Notes under the pieces: generated by a model | The model's input: the letters and a program-made list of their open reading frames with translations, nothing else | The model's database searches: none | What the model was told of the DNA's origin: nothing | Program-made: the position numbers and the translations under genes | In this document: piece by piece, positions 8,328-18,537 of the stretch | Layout: each line of letters opens with the position of its first letter | Position numbering within the stretch: position 1 is the stretch's first letter | NCBI GenBank assembly: GCA_050287845.1 | Contig: JBNKCR010000118.1 | Coordinates: 18,938 to 82,937 of the forward strand | Origin: Polyangia bacterium | Lineage (GTDB): Bacteria; Myxococcota_A; Polyangia; JAAYKL01 | Reading direction: 5' to 3' | DNA: 64,000 bases

Positions 8328-9758
8328 TCAGTAGCGGAGGTCGCTGCAACTATTTTTCCTGCACCCGAAAGTACACACATCACACATGATGCAGTCCTTC
8401 AGGTCTGAAAAATCCTCCTGGGCTCTGGTGGAGTTCGGGTTCTTTTTGAGACACTGATTGTAGCAGGTATTCCATATGCCCTGTTCCGGATCGTCGCAAT
8501 CAGCTATGACACAATCATAGAGCTCGACGCAATACGGATTGCTGTCGCAGGCCGCTTTGTAATCTGAACAGTATCCGTTCAAGGCGCAGTCCCAGCAGTT
8601 GTCCAGACAGTCATTCATGTTCTCACAGGTTTCCGGATCGTACTCTGAAACCAGCGCCGACGAGAGCTCGACCCAATCAATCTGAATGCGGCCGCTGTCG
8701 TCGTCTTCCTCTTCGGCCCACAACGTAATGGCATGAATCCCATCAACGGCAGCTTTGCTCAGGCGAATAAAGTCGAGTGGTGCTGTAAATGCCTGAAACC
8801 CGCCATCCGCAGTGCTTTCGGTAATATTGAATAATGCGAGCGTGGTGCCATTTTCGTCCAATCTGGCTCGGATTGTACCAGTTCCGCCTATCGATAGGGC
8901 ATAAATCGTTATGCTGCGGTATTTCCAGACAAGCATGTTATTGAACCTGATACGGGTTCCAGGGACCAGATCTCCGATAACCGTGCAGCTCGGATTGCTG
9001 CAACCGATTGAATCATCGGCTTCACCCACCTTGTCGCATTTGGCCAACGCGCGTGGATCATCCAGGGTGCACTCCGCTTCAAGTTTGAGTATCTCCAGTT
9101 CCCCGGTATCCGTTTCCGAATCCATCGAATCAGAGGGGGTATCCACTATCGTGTCGGAACCGGTGCCTGTATCGGAATCGTTGCCGTTATCCGATACGGT
9201 ATGCGTATCCGGTTCGGTCCCGATGTCGGTGCCGGTCCCGGTCCCGGTGTCGGTGTCGGTATCCTGGTCTGCACAGGCGTTTGTGCTGCCAAAGCTGATG
9301 CCCCCTTCGGGCTGTCTTACCCATTTGTCGCTGGATGGAAATTTCACCCGAACTGTGTAACAGATGTTGTCGGCCAGAAACTGATCATCCACCAGGCTTT
9401 TCTTATCGCTTTCTGAGATGATGCCATTAAGCGTCTCTGTATCGAATTTCGGTGGTCCCACCCGGGTGACAGGTCTGCAGTCGTTGCCGTTGCAGAGTTC
9501 AATTTCATGTTCCCGTTCAATGGCCATGGGACTGCCACCGCAACCCAGGTTCCGGTACACATTCGGCGTATTGTTTCTGGTCGTGACCGTGATGGCGATG
9601 GCGGAGTCCCCGTTCAACTGCGTCGGCGTTGCCGAAACACTGAGAATCTGCGGTTCCTCCGAATCCAGCGAGCGACACCCGAACACACCGGCACCCAGTG
9701 CCGACAGGCCGAGCAGAAAGCCGAAAAATCGCCAAAATTTGCTTACAAATGCATTCAT
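8328..9758 (-). CDS. Secreted lipoprotein with a (DT/GT)n linker and a Cys-rich C-terminal region. Function unknown.
   Basis: The start was reset to the internal ATG at 9758 (MNAFVSKFWRFFGFLLGLSALGAGVFGC lipobox). A DTDTDTGTGTGTD tract and many Cys residues lie in the last approximately 130 aa. Confidence 0.55.
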   Translation of the reverse strand: MNAFVSKFWRFFGFLLGLSALGAGVFGCRSLDSEEPQILSVSATPTQLNGDSAIAITVTTRNNTPNVYRNLGCGGSPMAIEREHEIELCNGNDCRPVTRVGPPKFDTETLNGIISESDKKSLVDDQFLADNICYTVRVKFPSSDKWVRQPEGGISFGSTNACADQDTDTDTGTGTGTDIGTEPDTHTVSDNGNDSDTGTGSDTIVDTPSDSMDSETDTGELEILKLEAECTLDDPRALAKCDKVGEADDSIGCSNPSCTVIGDLVPGTRIRFNNMLVWKYRSITIYALSIGGTGTIRARLDENGTTLALFNITESTADGGFQAFTAPLDFIRLSKAAVDGIHAITLWAEEEDDDSGRIQIDWVELSSALVSEYDPETCENMNDCLDNCWDCALNGYCSDYKAACDSNPYCVELYDCVIADCDDPEQGIWNTCYNQCLKKNPNSTRAQEDFSDLKDCIMCDVCTFGCRKNSCSDLRY

Positions 9759-9969
9759 ATTTCGTGCGTCACAGAACAACTTGCTATGAAATGTGTTCCT
9801 GTGAAATGTGTTACTGTGCCTGAGATAAAGATCACTATACCACAATGGCGACCGGAATTGTAACACTTTGAGCAAAACAGACCCCCCGGATAGATGCGCA
9901 AGTTACTTTTGTTTCTGCTGTTCCCTATATATCCAACGGTGAACAGCGGTGCAAATGGGTGTGCGGCTT

Positions 9970-11277
9970 TCAGTTGGTATTGAGTCCGTCAAACCACATA
10001 ATGGCATCCACAATGGCCAATGGGGCTGCGGATTCGTGGTCTTTATCCGGAATTTGCACCACCGAAATGTTTGCCGCGGGCGTTCCCGCCCCGATCATGG
10101 CCTGCTGGAAAGCGGTGGTAACCGATGGCGGAATGTACACATCGGTGGTGCCGTGGGACAGGCGGATGGGACTGGTGGCCGCGAATGGTGGAATACTGTT
10201 GGCAACGAAAGCCGTCTGCAACGCCAGGGCGGAAGGAGCATCCGATGCCACTCCCATGCTGACATTGACGGCCAAATCTGTCAGCAGGACCGAGAGATCG
10301 GTGCTGAGTGCCCCATTGATTTCGTCCGCTGATTTGGTCCCATCAAACAGTCCCGGAATGGTTGTGGCGTAGGGGTCCTTGAAATAAAGCGCGAGGTCGT
10401 TGGACAAAAAGCCCATTGAGCGGAATGCCATCACCACATATGGTGCGTAGTAGGGCATGGGATAGGTGGGGGTCGACAGCATAAACTGGTTGACCGCAAT
10501 CAGGTCGTAGGGGCCGGCGCCGGCAGCGGTTCCCTGGAGCACCAGGGGAAAATCCGGGGTTCGTTCCAGATATTCATGCAGGGCCATGGTGGCGTGTCCG
10601 CCCTGTGAGTATCCCATCAGGTACAGGTCTCCACTGAGTTGGAGCGGCGATTGCGGGGTGTCCGAATATTCCACCACCGCACGGAGCAAATCCGCCAGCG
10701 AAGAGGCCGTCACATCGCGGCACAGATATGGGTGAAAGAGCTGGGCCGATTCCCCGAATCCGAGATAGTCCGCCACCACAACGGCATAGCCGAATGCTGC
10801 GGACGCACTGATCATTCTCATGTTGACGCTGGTTTCCACCGATAGCGTCGGTGCGTCGCTGGCCAGGGTATTGGTACCATTCTGAAACGAGAGCACCGGT
10901 AACGCAACATTGCCTTCCGGAATGATGAGCAGGGCCGAGGCGGACACCGTCGCCCCCATGTATGCAGTCTGGTAGGTCACCCGGTAAATCGAAACCCCGC
11001 CGGTGACATTTGCGGTATACACAGCAAGGTCGGGCACCTGGAGCTGCAGGAGGAACATGACACTTTGCACTTCCTGCTGGGTGAGACTTTTCAGAAATTT
11101 CACTCCTGTCAACTGCTGGCCGTTAAACGCGGTATCGGCAGTATCGCCGGTCTGGGTGGTGTCGCTGCCGGTATCGGTATTGTCGGGGGCGGTATTTCCG
11201 CCCTCATCCCCTTCATCGCAGGATGCCAGGGCAACCAGGAAGAACAGCATAAAAATTATCCGAAACAAGTTATTCAT
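9970..11277 (-). CDS. Secreted alpha/beta-hydrolase, lipase-like (lipobox signal; GYSQGG nucleophile elbow)
   Basis: A strong SD (AGGAAAGAGGA) precedes the ATG at 11277. The signal is MNNLFRIIFMLFFLVALASC. There is a T/D-rich linker. GxSxG is at GYSQGG. Confidence 0.6.
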   Translation of the reverse strand: MNNLFRIIFMLFFLVALASCDEGDEGGNTAPDNTDTGSDTTQTGDTADTAFNGQQLTGVKFLKSLTQQEVQSVMFLLQLQVPDLAVYTANVTGGVSIYRVTYQTAYMGATVSASALLIIPEGNVALPVLSFQNGTNTLASDAPTLSVETSVNMRMISASAAFGYAVVVADYLGFGESAQLFHPYLCRDVTASSLADLLRAVVEYSDTPQSPLQLSGDLYLMGYSQGGHATMALHEYLERTPDFPLVLQGTAAGAGPYDLIAVNQFMLSTPTYPMPYYAPYVVMAFRSMGFLSNDLALYFKDPYATTIPGLFDGTKSADEINGALSTDLSVLLTDLAVNVSMGVASDAPSALALQTAFVANSIPPFAATSPIRLSHGTTDVYIPPSVTTAFQQAMIGAGTPAANISVVQIPDKDHESAAPLAIVDAIMWFDGLNTN

Positions 11278-11448
11278 TTCATCCTCTTTCCTGTTGGTAT
11301 TCTGTTATTCTTTCGGCTATACGGGAAAAAACAGTGGCGTACAATGGAAAGATATCGGTTGGCCATGTTATCCGAATCTCTTATGATTTGATGCCCCGGG
11401 CCAGGGCCGGGCAATCGGGAAGACGAACTGTTTGGAAAGGAAATCCCA

Positions 11449-12393
11449 GTGGACCGACCAGAATTTTCAGTGGTGATGCCGGTATTCAACGAAAGTGAAC
11501 TGATTGTTCGCACCGTGGACAATCTGGTGGAAACCCTTGCCCAGGAAACCAACTACGAAGTGGTGCTGGTGGATGACGGGTCGAAAGACGACACCTGGCA
11601 CTACATTTCGGTTCTGGGGCAGAAATACGCCCATGTGAAAGGGGTACGGTTCACCCGCAATTTTGGCCATCAGGCGGCGTTGCGCGCCGGCATCACCCAC
11701 GCCAGTGGCCGCGCCGTAATATCTATGGATTCAGACGGGGAGCATCCACCGGCGCTGGTGCCGAAAATGCTCGAAAAGTGGCGAGGCGGGGCCCGGGTGG
11801 TTCAGTCGGTGCGCGCGGAATCCCGGAAACTGTCTCTGGCCAAACGATTGAGTTCCAAAGGGTTTTATCGCCTGTTTTCGTGGCTTGCAGAAACCGATAT
11901 TCAGCCGGGCATGGCGGATTTCCGGCTGCTGGACCGGGAAGTGGTCGACCTGCTGCTCAACCATCCCAATGCCAGTGGATTTTTACGTGGCTTCATTCCA
12001 TGGACCGGGTTCAGGACTGAATTTATTGAATTTGAACAGGGACATCGCACCATTGGCGTTTCAAAGTTCACCACCAAAAAAATGCTCGGACTCGCCCGCA
12101 ACGGAATCATTGGTTTTTCAATCAAGCCGCTCCGACTGTCGATGGTGCTGGGGATGCTCACCTGCTTTTTCGCCCTCGTCAACCTGTTGTATACCCTCAT
12201 TGTGCGGATATTCTATCCCGAAACCGTGGTGCCCGGCTGGGCCACTGTCACGGGACTCATGGCGCTGCTGGGGGGAGTGCAGTTGCTCGTGATTGGCATC
12301 CTCGGTGAATACATTGCCGTGCTTTTCGAAACCATACGACACCAGCCGGAGTTCATTGTGGACGAAACCGTGGGATTCATCAGAAAAAGATGA
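11449..12393 (+). CDS. GT2 glycosyltransferase of the polyprenyl-phosphate sugar synthase type (DPM1/GtrB/ArnC-like) with C-terminal TM helices
   Basis: Motifs FSVVMPVFNE, VVLVDDGSKDDT and DxD (SMDSDGE) are present, followed by two C-terminal hydrophobic helices. The start is GTG after GGAAAGGA. Confidence 0.7.
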   Translation: MDRPEFSVVMPVFNESELIVRTVDNLVETLAQETNYEVVLVDDGSKDDTWHYISVLGQKYAHVKGVRFTRNFGHQAALRAGITHASGRAVISMDSDGEHPPALVPKMLEKWRGGARVVQSVRAESRKLSLAKRLSSKGFYRLFSWLAETDIQPGMADFRLLDREVVDLLLNHPNASGFLRGFIPWTGFRTEFIEFEQGHRTIGVSKFTTKKMLGLARNGIIGFSIKPLRLSMVLGMLTCFFALVNLLYTLIVRIFYPETVVPGWATVTGLMALLGGVQLLVIGILGEYIAVLFETIRHQPEFIVDETVGFIRKR

Positions 12394-12443
12394 GTCTGTG
12401 CCCGGGAAAATTACAGAACTGTCATCAGAGAATTGGCGTCGGT

Positions 12444-14948
12444 TCAGTACATGGGAAGGCAGCGGTCATTGCGGGTACACACGACAACCCGGCGAATCCA
12501 GAAGCCGATAACCAGCAGCAGGGAGAGCAGACACAGAACCACCAGTAGCCGGTGGTGCAGGGGCATTTCCCATTTCAGTTTCAAACGATGCACGCCGCTT
12601 TCCAGATGCACGCCAACCAGATCGGGACCGGTGGCAAACGTCGGAATTTCTTCCCCGTTGAGATACGCTTTCCATCCGGGATACAGGTTGAGGGGCAGCA
12701 CGGCAATGACCGGTTCAATGTTTTCCACATCAAAGACAAACTGCTGGAGGGTGTGTTTCGAAGGCTTCACAGGCTCTATCTGAGTCACTTCAAGGCCTGG
12801 ATCGTTCTCTTCCCGCTGGGTGATGCGCATATTGGTCCCGGCGCTGTTGATTTCTTTGGGCAGTGCCTGCCACGGTTGCTCTGACAATTCGAGTACCCGG
12901 ACATCCAGTCCTTCAATGGCAACGGGTGAAATCACCACGCCACCACTCTCGATGAAGCTGTCCAGGGCATTATAATCCTTCGTCAGATTGGCCATGTCAA
13001 AATAGAAGATGGCCCGGGCGCGGTTGAGCAGCCCGCTCTTCGCCAGGGTGCCGGCCTTGACCCGCATGGTTACCGGCATGGCGGTTTCCCACAGTTTGTA
13101 GCGGTAGGTCTGCATCCAGTTGGTGGTCAGCCACAGCCACTGTTTATCGTTACAGATGACCGGAAGGGGACTGCCTCTGAGGGGGCGCAGGAATTGTTCC
13201 GCACCGGTGTCCATGGTGACTCTCGACGTGTTGGGATTTCCGTCCCGGGTTTTTCCCACTTCGATTTTAAAGGTTGTGGGCAGATTGTCTTCGTCAACCT
13301 CATTTCGCAGGGGCTTGATTTCCTTGCCGGAACCGGTGAACCAGCGAACCCCGGAAAGGGCCAGCATCGGAATACTGTTTTTGGGGCTGCCCAGAACACC
13401 GCAGTGCTTGAACGTGGTTTCCGGGCCGGTGCCCTTCCAGTGGGTGCAAAACGGCATGAATCCATGCATGGCAAACCATGCCTGACGGATTTTGGGACGC
13501 CCGGGGGTCTTCACATCAATTTTAAACGGATACCCCTCGTCGGGGATGTTCTGGATGGCATCGAGATCCGCATCCAGAATATTGGGGTCCCGGACCATCA
13601 GGTGCCGCTGTCCCAGCTTCACGCTTTCGTATCCGCCCCATCCCACAGCGGCGCCGGCCATGGCTACCCAGATGAGAATGAACGGCACCTTCAGCCACCA
13701 CCAGGACCATTTGGCTTTGCGGGCAATGGTATAAATCGGTGAAACCAATGTTTCAATCCCAAGCGCGACCAGACCAAACGCGAATATTTCGTACAGATAG
13801 GTACATCGGAACGCCTGGACCTTGTCCATAAACGGCAAATATCCAGTCCACCTGAAATCATCCGGCCCCGCAAACAGCATGATGGAAAAGGCAAACCCCC
13901 CCAGCAGAAACCGGACCGACAGCTTTCTCAGTTGAAACAGCGCACACAAAATGCCGAACGCCGTCAGGATGGAGAGGATAGGCGGGCGATGACTCAGGCT
14001 CCCGATGATATTGATTTTATCCATGAATTTTTCAACATCGTTGCGGGCGTCTCCGTCGTGTCGGGCATCGTCAAGCATGTAGCCGGCCCCGGCCACGTCA
14101 ATGAGCTCTGCGGTGGAGACACTCGTGTACCAGTGCACGCCGCTGCCGCGGAATACCGGATCGGGAACCGGTCGCATGGATTTGTTGTGTTCGATGAATG
14201 GCAGCACCCAGAATGAAACCAGGGCCACACCCAGGGCACCGAAGACTATCACTTTTTTAATGTTGGCGCGCACACTGGTTTCGCTCATGAAAAAGTAAAG
14301 CGCGCCGCCGAAGGTGGCATATACCGCCATGATGGCATGGCTGAGGAAAGCCAGTGCGAACAACAGCGCAGCGGTGATGGGGCTGTTCTCGCCCCGCAGC
14401 ATCCCCACGAATGTGCCCATGAACCAGGGAAAGAAGAGCCCTCCCATTGCCTGGGTCACGATACCGGCCTGAAAGAATGCTTCATAAGAGTTGCCAAAAG
14501 CCGCCACGGAAACCATGCTCAGGTACGATGCGAGACCTGCGGTCCATTTATTGAGGCACAGCTTGCGCATGAAGTAGTACAGGGTGAAAGGCGAAAGTCC
14601 AAAACAGATGCACAGGGTGACATTGTGGACGGTTCGCAAATCAATTCCCGAAATCAGATGCACGGCCACATTGAACATATAAAACAGCGATTGATAGAAC
14701 CGGAGCACCGGTTGCCCCATTTCGATGGCCAGCGGACCGAGAATGTTGTCCCCGGCGAAGGCGCCATGGGCCATGGCATATTCATTCATCAGATGGTAAA
14801 TGTTGTCGCCGCTGCGATTTAACACCGGGCCGAACAGAATCCAGGTGGAAATGAAGGTGAGCACGGATGCACCCAGTGGCAGCAGCAGATGTCCGTATCT
14901 GTGTATCCAGTAGCAGATATAAGCAAAAATATTTTTTACGGTTTTCAT
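12444..14948 (-). CDS. Large polytopic membrane protein (834 aa) with a GT-C-like architecture (YfhO/ArnT/PMT-like candidate)
   Basis: There are more than 12 predicted TM helices in the N-terminal approximately 450 aa, then a soluble approximately 350-aa domain, then a C-terminal TM. It is convergent on the GT2 gene. The family assignment is tentative. Confidence 0.4.
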   Translation of the reverse strand: MKTVKNIFAYICYWIHRYGHLLLPLGASVLTFISTWILFGPVLNRSGDNIYHLMNEYAMAHGAFAGDNILGPLAIEMGQPVLRFYQSLFYMFNVAVHLISGIDLRTVHNVTLCICFGLSPFTLYYFMRKLCLNKWTAGLASYLSMVSVAAFGNSYEAFFQAGIVTQAMGGLFFPWFMGTFVGMLRGENSPITAALLFALAFLSHAIMAVYATFGGALYFFMSETSVRANIKKVIVFGALGVALVSFWVLPFIEHNKSMRPVPDPVFRGSGVHWYTSVSTAELIDVAGAGYMLDDARHDGDARNDVEKFMDKINIIGSLSHRPPILSILTAFGILCALFQLRKLSVRFLLGGFAFSIMLFAGPDDFRWTGYLPFMDKVQAFRCTYLYEIFAFGLVALGIETLVSPIYTIARKAKWSWWWLKVPFILIWVAMAGAAVGWGGYESVKLGQRHLMVRDPNILDADLDAIQNIPDEGYPFKIDVKTPGRPKIRQAWFAMHGFMPFCTHWKGTGPETTFKHCGVLGSPKNSIPMLALSGVRWFTGSGKEIKPLRNEVDEDNLPTTFKIEVGKTRDGNPNTSRVTMDTGAEQFLRPLRGSPLPVICNDKQWLWLTTNWMQTYRYKLWETAMPVTMRVKAGTLAKSGLLNRARAIFYFDMANLTKDYNALDSFIESGGVVISPVAIEGLDVRVLELSEQPWQALPKEINSAGTNMRITQREENDPGLEVTQIEPVKPSKHTLQQFVFDVENIEPVIAVLPLNLYPGWKAYLNGEEIPTFATGPDLVGVHLESGVHRLKLKWEMPLHHRLLVVLCLLSLLLVIGFWIRRVVVCTRNDRCLPMY

Positions 14949-14956
14949 ATTGTGCT

Positions 14957-15400
14957 CTACAATTTCACGTGTTGCTCAGATACAACGAATTTGGAAACGG
15001 GACTGGGAACATCGTCCTGCACCAGTCGCCAGTAATATACCTGACCCCGTTCGAGATTCTCGCTGTAATTCTGCGTAATGCCGCTGACCTCCCGGTCAAA
15101 GACCGGGTCTTCAAAGTCGGCTGTCGTGGCAATCTGCAGCGAAATTGGCTTTTCAATATTTCCGCGATTCCATTGCAGGGTGACCGAACCATTTTCAACA
15201 ACATATCCCCGGGGCGGCAGCTGGGGCACCGGGGGCATGCCATACAGCAGCGTGGAAATGATTTCCCAGCCAAGTGTGGTAAGGAGCACCAGTAGCACTG
15301 CGTACTTACGCAACCATCTTCCAGTTTTAATAAACATATTCAAATTCCGCATGGGCCTCTGTTTAACAGAAAGCGAATAACTTTTCGAGAGAATATCCAC
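14957..15400 (-). CDS. Small membrane-anchored protein, unknown function. Alternative starts at 15352 and 15337.
   Basis: A single TM helix (YAVLLVLLTTLGW) is present. It lies between the large membrane-protein gene and the upstream secreted-protein gene on the same strand. Confidence 0.35.
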   Translation of the reverse strand: MDILSKSYSLSVKQRPMRNLNMFIKTGRWLRKYAVLLVLLTTLGWEIISTLLYGMPPVPQLPPRGYVVENGSVTLQWNRGNIEKPISLQIATTADFEDPVFDREVSGITQNYSENLERGQVYYWRLVQDDVPSPVSKFVVSEQHVKL

Positions 15401-15500
15401 TTTCAGGTACCGTTAAATGTGATTTTGTTCTTGAGACGAAAGAGCGTGCATTCGCAACCATCGGGAAAAATCCGGACCGGGTAATGCACTGCGGAATCGG

Positions 15501-16823
15501 TTACAGGGTCAGGGCAACACCGGCACCCAGACTCATCTCGTTGGCCATTGAGGTGGTATCGTCGTCCAGTCGTCGGAACCGTCTGCTGAATTCCGCAAAT
15601 ACCCGGAAAGGGCCTGTAATCTGATGATGGTACGCCACTCCCGCCAGAGCGTCGACGGAGAACAGGTCGCTGCCTCCGCCGATGTCCTGTCCGGCATAAA
15701 ATGCGCTGAAAGCAAGGCGGTCGGTAGGCGCCACCTGCATTCTGAAAATTACCCAGTGAGGGCGATGACGTGCCTGGTAGTCGTAGCGGGCGCCAATTTT
15801 TAAAACGGACCCTGGTTGAAGCTCCAGGTCAACCATGAATCCGGGGGCAGATTCCACCTCCATGTCGGTGCTGGCGAGGTGGTCCCGGAGTGTGTTTTGC
15901 TGGCCGGATACGGGATCCACAGAAAAAAAACGCCGGTTGTGGTTGTAGAACGGATTCATGATCGCCGGGTAATAGTCCGGGCCCATGTATCGGAATTCTG
16001 ACTGAAAATGGAGCCCCCGTTTTTTACTTCGGGAGAACACATAATCCGTTACAATACCGCCGTGAAAACCGGCATCCCCGTCCATTGCTCCCACAGAAAC
16101 ATAGGTGGTCAACTGTCCGGGATTTCGCTCAATTGCAACAAATGAAATGTTTCCGCCGGCGGCCAGCAGGACTTTATCGTGTCGGTTGATGGTGCGATGA
16201 GGAGCGTTGAAATCCACAAATACCTGGAGGCCAGTCTGTAAACGTCCGGCGAGGCGACCATGGTTGAACCAGGCAATGGGAGCTGCAAATACATAACCGG
16301 TCAGGATGGCTGGGTTGATTACATCATCGAGGAGTACGGAAATACCGTTGTCGTTGATTTCAATAAGGCTGCTCACGCCGCCATGATAGTGGTCCATATC
16401 AGTGGAATTGTAATAGTGGCTTACAATTTCGCCGTATGCCTGGTGCACACCGTTCAGTTCGCCAAGAGACAGGTCGATTTCTCCGTTTTCCAGGGTCGGA
16501 TGGAAACGCATGTGTCTTAAAATACGAGCCCAATCCGATTGATCATCCCAATCCTGGTCTCGCAATACATTCTTATCCTGTGGGTCCAGGTCTGCCACCC
16601 GAAGCTGAAATGGCCCACTCAGCACCAATTCAAAGGATTTGTAATTTACCGAAAATTCGACAAGTAGCGGAATGAAAATATCTTCATCGATTCTGGCCAC
16701 ACCGGTATCCAATGCGATACCGAATATGGCGTCATCGGGATTCTCTGATGCAGCGACCCTCCCCGCGGTTGCCCACAGAAACAGGACGGTCAGACACAAT
16801 ATAAGGGGGAATCGGTTGTGCAT
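15501..16823 (-). CDS. Secreted or outer-membrane protein, unknown function (signal peptide, beta-rich)
   Basis: The signal peptide is MHNRFPLILCLTVLFLWATAGRVAA. The sequence has an alternating hydrophobic pattern typical of beta-barrels. No recognisable catalytic motif was seen. Confidence 0.4.
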   Translation of the reverse strand: MHNRFPLILCLTVLFLWATAGRVAASENPDDAIFGIALDTGVARIDEDIFIPLLVEFSVNYKSFELVLSGPFQLRVADLDPQDKNVLRDQDWDDQSDWARILRHMRFHPTLENGEIDLSLGELNGVHQAYGEIVSHYYNSTDMDHYHGGVSSLIEINDNGISVLLDDVINPAILTGYVFAAPIAWFNHGRLAGRLQTGLQVFVDFNAPHRTINRHDKVLLAAGGNISFVAIERNPGQLTTYVSVGAMDGDAGFHGGIVTDYVFSRSKKRGLHFQSEFRYMGPDYYPAIMNPFYNHNRRFFSVDPVSGQQNTLRDHLASTDMEVESAPGFMVDLELQPGSVLKIGARYDYQARHRPHWVIFRMQVAPTDRLAFSAFYAGQDIGGGSDLFSVDALAGVAYHHQITGPFRVFAEFSRRFRRLDDDTTSMANEMSLGAGVALTL

Positions 16824-16857
16824 TAACGGCGGTGGTCTCCCTCATGGCACCGGAATG

Positions 16858-17331
16858 TCAACGAGTACATTTTACTGCGAATACCCAGCGCCCTTTTGGA
16901 CTTTTAAATCCAGCGGCAATGAACGGCACTCCGCTTCCAGTTGTTCCTTCAATAATGACAGGAGGGCTCTGATTCGTTGACAGATTCAGATTCAGGTTCA
17001 GCTGGTTGTTACTTTTTCCTCTGAATTCCAGCGTTCCGTTTAACTTTCCCGGAAGTTGAAGGGTTGTTGGCGTGTTCAGTGACAGCTGATACACTTTTTC
17101 GTCTGCAAGTCTGAAACTGTTGAATGCATCAAATGGCTTCTGCTTAAAAATAGACGCATAGGGTTTCAGGGCGTCATCAATTCCCGTACCGTCGCTGGTG
17201 GCTTCAATGGTAAATACCCTGCAAGTCACTTTCTCATCCGCGTTGGCGGGGGTGGACTGAAACATTCCACAACAAAGGAGCAGCATCAGAGGAACTGTCC
17301 ATAATTTCACATTTTTTTTACTGTTCGCCAT
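16858..17331 (-). CDS. Secreted protein, unknown function (signal peptide)
   Basis: The signal peptide is MANSKKNVKLWTVPLMLLLCCGMFQSTPANA. It lies directly downstream of the anti-sigma gene. Confidence 0.4.
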   Translation of the reverse strand: MANSKKNVKLWTVPLMLLLCCGMFQSTPANADEKVTCRVFTIEATSDGTGIDDALKPYASIFKQKPFDAFNSFRLADEKVYQLSLNTPTTLQLPGKLNGTLEFRGKSNNQLNLNLNLSTNQSPPVIIEGTTGSGVPFIAAGFKSPKGRWVFAVKCTR

Positions 17332-17339
17332 TGAGAACC

Positions 17340-17888
17340 TTATTCATTAATCCAGACCACTGCGATTCGCTGTCCGGTTTCGGTTTCCAGACTATATTTC
17401 TGAACGTTCAGTTCATCTGGTGCGGAAACGGTCACTGTGGAGGCAACTGCTTCCGTGGTCCCACTGGCTGTCCAGGTGGACGGTGCATTCTGCGACGGCA
17501 TAAGGGGGCTCCGGGGTTGTCCGGTGGTGTTCAATCCCACTGCCAGCAATGCGGCGCAAGCCGCCCCGGCCATGGAAACCGTTGGAATCCATAGCGATTT
17601 TCGATGCGCAAAGAACTCACTGAACCACACTTTTATCCGCTCACCGGCGGAGATGGGGGACGGATTGCTACGGATTTCGTTAAGGATCCGCTTGTCCAGA
17701 CCATCGAACGAAATATCTTCCAGATGCTGTTGTTGCATTGTTTGAAACAGTTCACTCATGGCCTTCATGTTGCGAATCGCTTTGGTGCTTTCGGGATTCG
17801 AGGCCAACTGGGCTTCCACCTGTGCACGTTTCCTGTCACTGAGCTCGCCGTCGTAATAGCTGTTTAAAATCAGGTCGTCTTGTTTCAT
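17340..17888 (-). CDS. Anti-sigma factor (single-pass membrane protein, RskA/ChrR-like N-terminus)
   Basis: The ATG at 17888 lies 1 nt after the sigma-factor stop (TGAAATG). The motif NSYYDGELSDRKRAQVEAQL is present, followed by the TM helix LWIPTVSMAGAACAALLAVGL. Confidence 0.65.
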   Translation of the reverse strand: MKQDDLILNSYYDGELSDRKRAQVEAQLASNPESTKAIRNMKAMSELFQTMQQQHLEDISFDGLDKRILNEIRSNPSPISAGERIKVWFSEFFAHRKSLWIPTVSMAGAACAALLAVGLNTTGQPRSPLMPSQNAPSTWTASGTTEAVASTVTVSAPDELNVQKYSLETETGQRIAVVWINE

Positions 17889-17889
17889 T

Positions 17890-18537
17890 TCAATCCACCG
17901 TAAAATCTCCCTCCAGATAGGGTTGAAGCAATGCCTGGAGTTTTTGTCGTGCATGGTGCAATCTGGACATCACAGTTCCTTTAGAGATATTCAGTGTGTC
18001 TGCCATATCTGCGTATGACATTCCTTCCACCTCGCGCATGAGGATGACTGCCCGGTGATAGGGGGGCAACGCCTCAATTGCCTTCTGCATGTATTCGGCC
18101 AATTCCTTGCGGCCGAGGTTGGCAGATGGATTTTTGCCGAGATCTGAAGACAACACACCTCTTCCCTGTCCGCTATCCTTTGTGTGAATCCGTTCGTCGT
18201 ATTCATCTTTCGCATAGCGACCATTTTTTCGCAGGTGGTCGATACACAGATTCACAACAATTCGGTAAAGCCAGGTGTAAAAACTGCTGCTTCCCTGAAA
18301 GTTGCCGATGTAGCGATGAACCTTCACGAAACCTTCCTGGGCGATATCCATTGCGTCTTCCGGGTTCTTCACCATCCCAAGGGCTACGGTGAAGACCTTT
18401 CTCTGATATCGCTGTACCAGTTGACTGAATGCCATTTCATCGCCATTCCTGCAGCGATCTACCAGTTCAAGATCTGTCAGTTCTTTCGGAGTCGCTGCTT
18501 CCATGGAGATGGACACCTTACTAGTGATTTTATTCAT
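17890..18537 (-). CDS. ECF (group 4) sigma-70 family sigma factor
   Basis: Region 2 is VQRYQRKVFTVALGMV…AQEGFVKVHRYIGNF. Region 4 is LPPYHRAVILMREVEGMSYADMADTLNISKGTVMSRL. Confidence 0.85.
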   Translation of the reverse strand: MNKITSKVSISMEAATPKELTDLELVDRCRNGDEMAFSQLVQRYQRKVFTVALGMVKNPEDAMDIAQEGFVKVHRYIGNFQGSSSFYTWLYRIVVNLCIDHLRKNGRYAKDEYDERIHTKDSGQGRGVLSSDLGKNPSANLGRKELAEYMQKAIEALPPYHRAVILMREVEGMSYADMADTLNISKGTVMSRLHHARQKLQALLQPYLEGDFTVD

